Positions 1-10,305 of a DNA stretch of 20,000 nucleotides are shown here, piece after piece (position 1 is the first letter of the stretch; each line of letters starts with the position of its first letter). The DNA comes from Catajapyx aquilonaris (Eukaryota), in contig KZ538491.1 of NCBI GenBank assembly GCA_000934665.2, positions 46,584 through 66,583 of the forward strand, in the 5' to 3' direction. Under the pieces are notes generated by a model, which had not been told where the DNA came from, searched no databases, and saw only the letters and a program-made list of their open reading frames with translations. A program made the translations under genes and the position numbers.

Positions 1-198
1 ACCCAGACAATCCAGAGCTCCACTGCAATCTTGTCCGCTTCCATGAGCAGATGGAAAAAAGGCTCCCCAATTTGGCGGAGCCAGTTACCACTGTCCTGCG
101 TAGGGCAATGGAACAAATCTACCAAGGAAGGGATACCCGCACACTCAACCGACAGTTCCTTGCCAAGCATCACAACTCACTTCCTCATCTTCTACAAG
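1..198 (+). CDS. NAA15: NatA auxiliary subunit (NAA15/NAA16, Nat1), internal exon, 5'-truncated by window edge
   Basis: Frame from nt 3 reads PDNPELHCNLVRFHEQMEKRLPNLAEPVTTVLRRAMEQIYQGRDTRTLNRQFLAKHHNSLPHLLQ, resembling the NAA15 C-terminal region (HPWLH...TVRTVLK...FLKRNSDSLPH). Phase-1 donor G|GTTTGT at 198/199. Confidence 0.9.
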
Positions 199-403
199 GT
201 TTGTGCTTTGTCCCATCTCACATCTAGTTTCTGAGGCATAAACCATCAGCTTATCTTATTTTCAAAGAAAATTCCCAAAAGGAGCTGCTCAATAATAAGC
301 GTCTTCATGCAAAAGAAATGTCTAACTGAAAATGGATACTTTGGAGCACACATTGCTCAGTAGTTATTTGTGTATGATCATATTGTTCTTGTTATTTATG
401 CAG

Positions 404-501
404 GTGCGAAAATGATGTACCATCTGGACGCCTCGCAGCAGGAGGAGGCCATACGACTGGCTACCAATCTGGACAGATCACTGGAAGGTGTTAGTATAGA
501 G
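404..501 (+). CDS. NAA15: NAA15/Nat1 penultimate coding exon
   Basis: Acceptor ttatgcag (401-403), donor GAG|GTGAGT. Encodes (G)AKMMYHLDASQQEEAIRLATNLDRSLEGVSIE, cf. NAA15 [26 protein letters not shown]. Phases are compatible with both neighbouring exons. Confidence 0.92.
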
Positions 502-626
502 GTGAGTGTAACATGAAGTACATGATGTGGAAACCAGAATATCCTATGTAACAATAGTCTGTTGCATATTACACTGAAATCTGGTGTGCAGACAACCTTT
601 GCTGCATTGCTCACTTGATATACACC

Positions 627-702
627 AGCTCCTGTATGATGAAATTCCCAACTCCAGAAGAATCATGTGTTGGTAGTTGGATCGCTAGGACTGATGGGGG
701 CT
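627..702 (+). ncRNA. Candidate intronic box C/D snoRNA in the last NAA15 intron
   Basis: Perfect box C ATGATGA (636-642) and box D CTGA (691-694). An 8-bp terminal stem (627-634 with 695-702, 3 G-U pairs) sits in K-turn register. Length 76 nt, ending 70 nt upstream of the 3' splice site. Confidence 0.5.
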
Positions 703-772
703 CATTACACAGTTAGGCGTGTCCATCCTGAGTGAGTGCAGGCATAACATTGTTTCATCTCTCTGCCAACAG

Positions 773-1117
773 ACTTGCAGTAAACTTCTGCAGGCCTTCC
801 GTGATGGTGAGTTTGGCCCATGTGAAGCAGCAGCTGTGGATTACCAGCTCAAGTGCCACGTCAGGTTCCCTTGTGCTGTGGCATTTCAGCCCCCAGGGCT
901 ACCTGCAGGCCAGGCTGCCCCCAATGCTAACTCCACTTCTGATGATGCTGCCAATGATCCAGTCGCCTCCGGTGTTGCCCCCAGTTCCACTCCACTTCCC
1001 CCGACTCCAACCTCCTCTTCTTCAACCCCTTCCCCTTCCTCACCACTAGCCGTTCAGAAAAAGGCGCCTGTGGAGGATGGCGGTGATGGAGCAGCAAAGC
1101 AGAATTGCGTCAACTGA
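773..1117 (+). CDS. NAA15: NAA15/Nat1 last coding exon
   Basis: Acceptor ccaacag (AG 771-772). TCSKLLQAFRDGEFGPCEAAAVDYQLKCHVRFPCAVAFQPPG matches the NAA15 terminus (TC...DGSLGDC...CHKLFPYALAFMPPG), followed by a Pro/Ser/Thr-rich tail. TGA ends at 1117. Confidence 0.9.
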   Translation, partial: TCSKLLQAFRDGEFGPCEAAAVDYQLKCHVRFPCAVAFQPPGLPAGQAAPNANSTSDDAANDPVASGVAPSSTPLPPTPTSSSSTPSPSSPLAVQKKAPVEDGGDGAAKQNCVN

Positions 1118-2470
1118 ATTTAGCAGCTCACGTGTACATGGGACAGGCGAGCTCAGTGGATCCAGTTACAATTTTCCAGTTCTCTTCCTGACCCCACCCC
1201 CCCCCCCCCTCCCCACCCNCCTCTTTGTTTGTTTTCATTTTTTAAGACAATTATTTTGCTATTGTGACTGAACAGGCAACAAATCTGGATACTTACTTGT
1301 TACCGGTGTGTGCAACATGTTTCATGACAAATATGTTTGCCGTCATGTGAGTTCTGTGCTAGAACCAAGTGGGCCATTTCACATGAACTTTGCATGGTGA
1401 AGCGTGGACTGCATTGCCAAAGGACCCATCACTATTGGTGCATGTTGCCTTATTTAAAACGCATGGAATTTTGTACGGAAATGTCGGGGTCATTCACGTT
1501 TCACGCAAGTCAAAAGTCATGGTAGTTGTCTACAAGTCTGGTTCTGATGTACTCTTATCATATCTGTTGGCTTTGTCCATACCAGTGAAGCAGGAGCAGC
1601 ATCAGAAATCAACTGTCAGATAAAAGTGCCATTTACTATGGACCATCTTATAAGAAGTGTCGGTGCGTTCAGAAACAGACAATATTCTGTGAATATTACA
1701 TGGCAGTTGACATGGGGAGTCGAGAATGTGGACTATCAAATTTGAGCTTTTTTTTTTTTTTTGGCTTGACATTTTTGCAAGTGGGATTGGCAGTTGTTTT
1801 ACCTGTGGAATTTTCATAGAGGCTTTCATATTCAAGGATTGAGGTACAATGGATAGTTTTTTTTTACGGGTAGAATTGATTCTCCAAGACTGTCTCCATT
1901 GCTTGTTTTGCATCCGGTGTGGCAGACTGTACAGTACGTCAAGCACTGCAGTGTTCATGAGCACTGACAATGGGCTCTTGAATTTATGTATGTTGTCACA
2001 TTTTACAAATGAGCAGTGAGATTGTTTTCTGTACATTTTTAATACAGTGTAATGTGGGTACACAAAAAAAATCAAGAGGCTCATTATGCATGAAAAACAG
2101 GTGTTCAATGCGACCTATGTGCACAAAAAGAAATGCCAGTACGGAGAGAGAAAAAATGTAATCCATGCATTGTTGTGGGGAGGGGGGTGAGAGATGAACA
2201 TTAGATTAAATTAATGGGATGGTTGGAATTGGGCAAATGGCTCTGTGGAGGTGTAAAAAAAAATATTGCATAATATGATCAACAATAGTGATAAGTCCTG
2301 TTGTGTTTCAGCTCCTTTCCATCGATCCCAGGTCCTCTCCGCAATTCTTTCTTGGGCTTTGTCCATGTTTTACTACCTGTACATTTGAAACCAATGTTTG
2401 TTTTTTCCTACAAGAATAAATACGCCAGAGTCATCTTGTCTGCACTGTACTTGTTTGACATGGTTGAACA

Positions 2471-2829
2471 TCAGAGTGTGAACTTGCTTACATTCACCTT
2501 CTCAGGCGCTGACTCCACATCAGCTTTGATGGGTGTTGCAGGCATCTGAGTGACCTTATTCCAGTCAATGGCATCGAAATCAATGACTATGCGTGGCTTC
2601 TGTGCCACAAACTTATCGTACTCAACTCCCGCAGAGTGAAACATTCTTCTGGCAGCAACCGTCTCCACCTTGTGGAAGTTCTTGTCTGACATGTACACTA
2701 CACGCACGATGCCTGACTGAATGATCACTTTAGCACACTCGTTGCAGGGGAACATGGCCACGTAGATGGAGCAACCTTTCACATCTGCAGTATTCTTGTT
2801 GAGAATTGCATTGACTTCAGCATGGCACA
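2471..2829 (-). CDS. DCTD: dCMP deaminase, last exon (3 of 3)
   Basis: Zinc-dependent deaminase motifs (V)CHAEVNAI and FPCNECAK, plus IIQSGI. Acceptor tttcag at 2830-2831, TGA at 2471-2473. Confidence 0.95.
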
Positions 2830-3587
2830 CTGAAATGAATTTCAAGACCTGATTAACGCCAGCTCGGAGAAGATGGGCGTACAGATTTCCCAGCGACTCA
2901 AGTGGGACGAGCTGTCCACAAGACTGGAAAATGATTTAAGATAACTGCGCATTTATGAAGTTTTTGCTACCAAGAGTAATAAAATATGGGCTGTACTAAT
3001 ATATTGGCATAAAGACACCAGTGACTCGAATGTAACCTTTGCATTCTCAATTACATTAGATGGTATTATTGAATAGAATGATGTTTTTTATCACTGTTAC
3101 ATGTACAAGAAAATTTATATGTAAATATGTTTTAAATGCAAAATATTCAGATTTCCATTAAATATCTTATTTTTCCCATATTTACCTTATCTTGGCATGA
3201 AAGGTGTGATTGATTTTTAAACATTTAATGTCAAGATAAGACTGGGCATGTTCATAAAAAGGCCAGTCTCCAAGCTAAAATATTGCCCCGATTTGAAGTC
3301 TCGAGCGGGGAAGAAATAATCATGAATTCCCATCCTCAATTTGAAAATGAATTGTATTGTACATTCCTGTACGGTATCACGAAATATTCCAAATTGAATA
3401 ACTGGTTTTTATTTTTCATCTAATTATGCCATAGACTGTAAAGTGTAAAGAAGTAGCGCTGCTCTAATGTATGCGGCCATAAGTGCCTGACGTTCACTAA
3501 CATTTACGGCTATGAGCTCAATTTTCATACCCACGGTACCGGTACTAATACCATTTTGTCAGTATTGGCCATTACACATTAACTCAC

Positions 3588-3823
3588 CATACATGTACTT
3601 GGTGCTGAGCGCATCGTTGGACTCCTTCTGCCACGGGAACTCATCATCCGGGCAGCCATTGGGCATCCCGTTGTATCCCACCCCGACAATCTTATTCTCC
3701 CCGTTGACAACGCACGCACCCACTTGGGACGCCGGATCCTTGCTCCTCATGGCTGCCAGAAAAGCCACCGCCATGAAATAATCCGGCCAAGGCAGATAAT
3801 CCTCCCTCTTTTTGTTAACATCC
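3588..3823 (-). CDS. DCTD: dCMP deaminase, exon 2
   Basis: [61 protein letters not shown]...KYMY is the typical DCTD N-terminal half. Acceptor atttcag, phase-1 donor G|GTGAGT. Confidence 0.95.
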
Positions 3824-3879
3824 CTGAAATAAGGCAATGCATTACATGTCTTTTTCAGTGTACTGATGAGGCTGTATAC

Positions 3880-3935
3880 CTGGCTTCGTTGCTTTTGGCC
3901 TCAGAGGTGTCCAAGTTGAGCATGTTACTAGCCAT
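3880..3935 (-). CDS. DCTD: dCMP deaminase, probable first coding exon
   Basis: ATG at 3935-3933 gives [18 protein letters not shown](R). Phase-2 donor AG|GTATAC and a 56-nt intron splice in frame to exon 2. An in-frame TAA lies upstream. Spliced CDS is 651 nt = 216 aa. Confidence 0.7.
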
Positions 3936-3994
3936 ACCGTACGGCAGTCCTTCAGTGTGTCGCAAACTGTCTGGACAGGCCTGAGTATCTCCAC

Positions 3995-4050
3995 CACGTG
4001 GTTTATTTTTCACCGGTCTTTATCTTATCCTGTGAGCCGACCGCCAAAAA
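3995..4050 (-). promoter_or_regulatory. DCTD proximal promoter motifs: E2F-like site and Myc-type E-box
   Basis: TTTTTGGCGG on the minus strand (4050-4041) and CACGTG (3995-4000), 60-115 nt upstream of the ATG. Fits an S-phase nucleotide-metabolism gene; motif match only. Confidence 0.4.
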
Positions 4051-4675
4051 TGTCCGTTACGCACATGGCCTCCCACTGTTGCCAGAATGTGCATTGCTTG
4101 ACACATGCTGCAAACAATCATTTCATCTAATTACAACAGGTGCAACGGACCAAAGCAAGGTGTGGTTTTCAACTGTAGCGTGGGTCAAGGTTGGGTCATA
4201 AATATAGCATGTATTTCTTTGTCTGGCTCGGCTGATAAGCATATGTTTGGGATGCAGTGCCAATTAGCTCGTATCTTATTAATTGCCATTGTCTGGCTGA
4301 ATTCCTTCGCGGTTCAACGATGGTCAAGACGATTTCTAGAGATTTGAATGTAGTTATAGGCATTGCAAACCGGGTTACATGTTGCGTATGATGCAGGATT
4401 GTTTCGGAGGTCAGGGTTAGTTGTGCAAGTTGACTGGTGTACAATGGAGATCCTGGAGAGAGAAAGTGCGACATGAGCGGTGTGTGTTGCCATAATACTG
4501 ATTTAGGAGTCGTCCGTTAATTACGTGAGATGCTGTTACATTATATGGTAATTAAAAAAAGATTAAATGTGAACTAATTAAGGCACTTCGGAAAGGGTTT
4601 TACTGTCATCTTGGGAAAGTCTTATCTTTTTTATAGACAGCTTGCTAGCCTCGCAACTTATCAGGTTACACCGGC

Positions 4676-4756
4676 GTTGCCCGGGTATGTTGTGGTGGTA
4701 GTGGTCGGGGATTAGCCTAATCCCCGACCACTACCACCACAACATACCCGGGCAAC
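4676..4756. repeat. Perfect 40-bp-arm palindrome with 1-nt spacer
   Basis: GTTGCCCGGGTATGTTGTGGTGGTAGTGGTCGGGGATTAG (4676-4715), C, then its exact reverse complement (4717-4756). Confidence 0.97.
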
Positions 4757-6929
4757 TTCCGGGAAGTTTATTCGCATTTCATATACACTCGATAATCGAT
4801 ATGCCTTAAAAATGGTCATTGTGTAGTGGGCTAATTGAAAACAATAAGCCAAAGTTTGTCATTACCTGTATAGGACAGAAGGGTGAAACCCCTGCACAGC
4901 AGGGCGATGATTCCAGTTCTTGTAATACTACCCGGTATGCCGGTATATAATCTGAATCGGGGGAAACTTGCGTAAAATAATGTCATTTTATTGTGACAGC
5001 CGTTCTAATTACACAACTTGTTTCAAAATCCTAGGATTTGGATTTCAATAGTGTGTTTCTAATAAGACAAACTTTCCACAGCGTGTTTTAATAACGATTA
5101 CATTGCTGAAAATCATTGCTTGATAATTGTTGGCAAGTAGCAACAGTGAGCTTTATTGTTCATAAAAATGTACAATAATAAATTATCAGTCCCCCATTTG
5201 TGCAATTAACCTAACCTCTCGATATCAATTTGTGGACCATCGACCATGCTGCGAATGGTAGAAATTATCCTCCAGTTTATGCCGTCCTCCATTCACCTGA
5301 TAGGTAAGTCACCTATCCCGCAGGATACGAGGATCATTAGTTATTATTGACAGAGAGCGTAACGCATTAGCAGGGAATTGTCTCCTTTAACTGGATCTGT
5401 TTAATCCTACAAAATCATAAAAAATCTAAATCCGAAATGAAGGACCCATCAAGTTTTGAGAAAATGGTGCTTTTTTATTGTTGCAAAACTAATTGAGTCA
5501 ACAATATTATTCTACGCCCCCACTCTTCAATACTTACTTCTTCTTACTGTAATTTTCACATAGCTCCACAATATTTTTTGTGGTAAATTAATTTAGTGTT
5601 CATACATATTTTATGATGATGATACTCGTATAACTTACACTGAATATGGTCAATCTAATTGCCATGTAGTGTTCCAGTGGATTAATGTAGCACAACTAGG
5701 AGTTACGGAAGTAAATCGCATAACAGTGAAAATATTTGCTAAGCTAAAAGTGAAATTAATGTAAATAGAGCATACTTAGATTCCATACATTTGAAGCACC
5801 CCCTGTTCCTGAAAGAAAGTTTTTTTTTTTTACTTTTACGGCAATCATTTTTTTTGCCCACTCTTGCACAAAATGCAAGGAATACTGTACAGTACATCAA
5901 AATTACTGGTGCAAGCACTGCATGGTTGACTGCATACCGGTTACCTTCACTGTTCAGTGTTGTTAAGTGTATGCAGATGGCACGTATAGGGTATCTATAT
6001 GTACTGGATTAAGTATATGATCAAAATGAATTATTTATAGAGAGGCACCAGACAAATCAAATAATTGATACATGCTACACTAGTATTGGGCAACATTTTT
6101 CTGACTCACAGCTCTTGGATCTTTCAGTAGTGTCTATACCCTACATTAGTAAACCCTAACCCGATGATGAGTTGGTGAAGTTGATGCGTCAAATGAGACG
6201 CAAACTAACAGGTCAGTGTCTGTTGCAAGGGGTGCAGGAGTGGTTTGGAAGGCTGTTTAGAAAATAAATGGAGGGCACGGCAGAGAGGAAGTGGGGCCCA
6301 ATCCGTGGGGGGCCGACGTGGGGCTTGTGACCCTCTGACAGAAAGAAAAGAGATACTACCACCCCCCCTCCACCGCCTGCCCTTTTTCCAACAAGTTCAC
6401 TTCTGGCCCTTCTGGCACATGCACAACCAAATGTCCCGAATCTTGCGGCGTCTCCAGTCCATAAAGACCCGAAATGTATATTTTTTCCCCTTCTCTGGAT
6501 CGGCCCCCCATTTTTTTTCAGTTTGCAGGTGGCCCTCTCTTTGGGTGTAGATACATGTGAGATAGTATCCTCCCACCAACAACTTTTAACCTCCCCAGCC
6601 TTCCTATCCACCCACCCCCTTGAAACCTCCAACCAAAACCATAACCGGATCCTCATGTTTATTTTCACTGCCGCCAGCTTGAGTTATTGTTACATCCTAC
6701 TGCGATTGTTGCCAACTAACATTTGCTTGCTTTTTTTATCGTCAAACCTCCGAGGCATTTGAACGGTGGTCTGGTTTTGGAGCAATGTTTGTCAGCTGAT
6801 TCCGATGCCAATATTTTATGACTTAAAGTTCAACAATCAATGGGCGAAAAATGCGTATATTTTATTGACACATACACTCACTTTATTCACAGATATACAC
6901 AGCACTGTCGTACTAATATTGTCCCATTG

Positions 6930-7046
6930 TCAATTCTTGAGTTCCAAAGCCCACACGTGCTGGGGCCATCCGGTACGACCTTTGCCCTTCCTCTCACCGC
7001 TGCCCAATCCTCCCGAGGACGCCGTCGCTGTTCCCAAAGCCGACGC
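6930..7046 (-). CDS. Hand: Hand bHLH transcription factor, exon 4 (last)
   Basis: ASALGTATASSGGLGSGERKGKGRTGWPQHVWALELKN* carries the diagnostic HAND C-terminal motif KGRTGWPQHVWALEL. Acceptor cggcag. AATAAA on the minus strand at 6887-6882 and 6866-6861. Confidence 0.95.
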   Translation of the reverse strand, partial: ASALGTATASSGGLGSGERKGKGRTGWPQHVWALELKN

Positions 7047-7594
7047 CTGCCGAATATAAAGACACTAATGTGATTAACATTGTCCTTCCCATACACTCCA
7101 ATCCGACTGATGGACCCACAATGAGACACTGCCGCCTCCCATGGTGACAAATAGTCAGGTGATAACTATCTGGGATCTGGCCAGCATCCCACAGATTTAC
7201 TTATTATTAGCTGAGTGGATTGGTGTGTCCAAACCACGGGGTTACTAGTGATGTAACATTATTCTGCGTCGTGCGAACCCGATCGGAGGCGACAAAAATC
7301 CTGCCCCTTTCCGGGTTGTTTAGTCTGACCCTCTGAAACTTCACGGGGTGTCCCCCTTACCCACAAGTAACCGGAACACACACACAAAAAAAAGGGACCC
7401 GTTCAGGACCTAACGTGATCAACGTAGGGGTAGGGCCGTTGATGTGAAATGACCTATGAGGTTATCAGTCTCGGTTGAGATTATTTTGTTTGTCGAAAAT
7501 CTATGGGGCCTTATATTCCTCGGTTGAACGAGAAAAGGGCAAAGAAAATATCAGTTGATAATATTTGTCAAAAATAATATTGGTGTTAACTTAC

Positions 7595-7823
7595 AAGGTC
7601 CCTCTTCCGTCGTTCTTCGCATCGCTCCAGCTTCCTGGAGAGCTCAGCCCTGAACCCTGTAGGAGGATTGGCCCCTGGTTCGCCCCTGAGGATCTCCATG
7701 AGGTAGGCGATGTATGATGTGGCAAGTCGTAGGGTCTTGATCTTGGAGAGCTTTGTGTCCGATGGGACATTTGGGATGCAATCGCGCAGCTCGGCAAAGG
7801 CGTTGTTGATGCTTTGGGTTCTC
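7595..7823 (-). CDS. Hand: Hand exon 3 (helix-loop-helix)
   Basis: (R)[45 protein letters not shown]...EERRKRDL is a near-identical HAND1/2 HLH. Acceptor ctccag, phase-0 donor CTT|GTAAGT. Confidence 0.97.
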
Positions 7824-7945
7824 CTGGAGCCGGGGAAACAAAAGTCGCACCCAGCCCTTTTCTACAGATTCGCCGTTTGGATTCCAACAATTTGGCATCA
7901 GGAAATAGGTTCATGCAGTGAGAGAGAGTAACTGTGTCAGGGTAC

Positions 7946-8163
7946 CTGCGTTCCTTTCTGTTGGCGGTGGTCCTCCTCTTGACAGGCCGGTGTTGCTGCT
8001 GGACCACGTTGAGGTCTGTTTGGCATGGAGGAGGGGACAGGTGCTCTGAAGGTGGTAGACTGCCTGGGACCAGGTCAGGTTGGCCCAGGTAAGGGTTGGG
8101 TGGTGGTGGTGGAGGAGGGCCAAAGGACCACGTGCCATACAGGGACGGATCAGACAGATTGTG
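7946..8163 (-). CDS. Hand: Hand exon 2 (Pro-rich region and basic region)
   Basis: HNLSDPSLYGTWSFGPPPPPP...RPVKRRTTANRKER(R) contains the HAND basic region. Acceptor ttccccccacag (phase 0), phase-2 donor AG|GTACCC. Confidence 0.93.
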
Positions 8164-8685
8164 CTGTGGGGGGAAGCAGGAATCATATATAAAATAATAA
8201 AGGTTATTAAAATAATATCACCTTCCAGTCATTTTATAACCTAATAATTACATAGTTGATGAAACGATGCATTAAAGACTAAAAGGTGTGCTCATTCATT
8301 AAATTCGACGAGTAAGCTTACTATTGTAACCGACCTTCTCATATTTTGAGTATGCGGTACATAAATGCGATGTTATTATAGCGTACACCTGTATATTATT
8401 CTTGAAATATGTTCAGAGAAAACTGTGAAGCTTTAAAATAATACACAATGGCTGGCCTTCTACTTTCGAAGAAGTACGCATTCCTGACAACACCTTGTCA
8501 TTGACGGCATGAGTCAAAGTCTGTTATTCCGTCAAATCGTAAGTTTTTCTGATTCATTAGATATGACTCTTGCAAAAGCGACTTGCACTGGTAAGCTTTG
8601 GGAGGTATATTATTTGTAAATAATTTCTTTTTCTGCCACATGCGCTAACCCTTTAATCTTTACCTATACAATTCCATAAATTATA

Positions 8686-9277
8686 CAGTTGAATCCGGAT
8701 ATAACAGCCACGGCTATAACGAAGTTTTGGTTATAACATACTCGAAAGGTCGGTCCCGGCAAACCTCCATAAGTATTTTTACGCCTGATATAACAGACTC
8801 ATTTCACATCACATCAGCTATAACATACCTTTTATTTTTTGGCCCCTTGAAAGGAAAATATGCTATTTTTTATTACTCCTCTTCCTTTTCCACGACAGAA
8901 AAGCACTGCATACTGGAGCCGGAGCGGGGATGATTTTTCTACAGTCTGTCACTGATCTAACACTTGCCGAAAAGGTCAAAATCATACATTTTCTGGTATA
9001 TTTAGCAAGAAAGAGACGGCAGGAAAAAAATTACAGATTTTTTGGGATCCTACCTAAGTTATATGGGTGAGCAGATTTCGCAGCATGCTTGGGGATAGTT
9101 TCATTATAATCAGTATCGACAGTATGCAGTATAGTATATGCATTATGTGGAAAGCAGAAAACTTTGTGTAACTTATTCGTTGAAAAAGTTTCGATTTGGC
9201 TATAACGACAGACCTCTGTTAAAAGATACTGATTTCCTCGGTCCCTTGAAGTCTGTTATATCCGGATTCAATAATTG
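8686..9277. mobile_element. pogo/Tigger-like MITE (~590 bp) in Hand intron 1
   Basis: TA|CAGTTGAATCCGGATATAACAG left TIR, and CTGTTATATCCGGATTCAA(taa)TTG|TA right TIR with a small indel. Repeated subterminal TATAAC motifs; no transposase ORF. Confidence 0.85.
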
Positions 9278-10086
9278 TACTTGATTTAAACAGGACTAAA
9301 AATATTGAGAACTATTCAGAAAATAGTGCCAGAATAAGATTTTACACATTTTGTGAGTGAAAAATTGGAGACCGGCAGTTATGCGGAAAGCTTCTTCAAG
9401 GCTTGTATTATGGCAATATTACGGTATTCCTTTTGCTGCATTTGAGAACGAAGGAAACAATTTTAAAATGTTAACTTTTTGAATGTTAACAAAGAGTGAT
9501 TCTGTCAGGTGGATATCGAGGAATGTAGCACTATATAAATAATGAATTATACAGTGCGCGGGGCAATAAAATAGGAATAGTCCTTGAAGTATACGGTGAA
9601 AGACTTCGCACTCTGCTTTTACATTTCCCTATAATGTCGTATTTTTCCTCCGCACCTGATAACGCATTATGGAAAGACGTACCAAAGAAATCCTCCAGGA
9701 TGCGTCATAAGTCATTAGAAAACATTAATTCTTATAAACCTATACGTTTACCGAATTGTGTGACGCGAAATGTTTAGAATTTGGTTTTTTTTTCTGAATT
9801 ATGAAAAACCGCCTTTATAGAGCAATATTACGAGATGCATTAATTAGGTGTAGGCCACTTTGAATAACGTGCCTCTTGAGTTGATTCGAATTAATGTCAG
9901 CGGAACTACGTCTCTACATAGGGCCTATACTGTCAATAAAGTATGACAGTACATTTCTAAAGGCAAGCTTAATTTTTAAAAAACAGTAGGCCTGGTAGAA
10001 TAAGCTTGCACTCGGTTAATTTCACTTAGTCAGGTGTTCCGGGTCCATTTCCAAACAGTTGGTGCAGATTTGGAATGAGAATAGTA

Positions 10087-10305
10087 CAGTTGAATCGGGA
10101 TATAACAGACTTCAAGGGATCGCGGAAATCAGTCTGTTATAGCCCTGTTATATCCCGATTCAACTGTACTATTCTCATTCCAAATCTGCACTTTAGGTTA
10201 TAACAAACTCGAAAGGCCGGTCCCAGCATGCTGGGACCGGCCTTTCGAGTTTGTCGTTATAACCTAAAGTTATACAGACGAGGCTGTTATATCCGGATTC
10301 AACTG
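10087..10305. mobile_element. Second, internally deleted and rearranged copy of the same Tigger-like MITE family, opposite orientation
   Basis: 22-bp TIRs at 10087-10108 and 10284-10305 (1 mismatch), flanked by TA. Internal pieces match both subterminal regions of the 8686-9277 copy. Confidence 0.88.

Noticed and set aside
6160..6210. Hammerhead-ribozyme or box C-like sequence (CCGATGATGAG...GCGTC/GACGC AAAC)
   Set aside because: The catalytic core CUGANGA/GAAA is not matched, and there is no box D with a terminal stem.
6213..6668. ORFs with a faint resemblance to a LINE endonuclease motif (VLVGGFKG..WV)
   Set aside because: No contiguous recognisable domain in any frame. More likely non-coding DNA downstream of Hand.
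7591..8007. 138-aa ORF as an intron-retained Hand isoform
   Set aside because: Intron 2 is 122 nt, so retention shifts the frame and loses the HLH. The ORF is explained by chance read-through.
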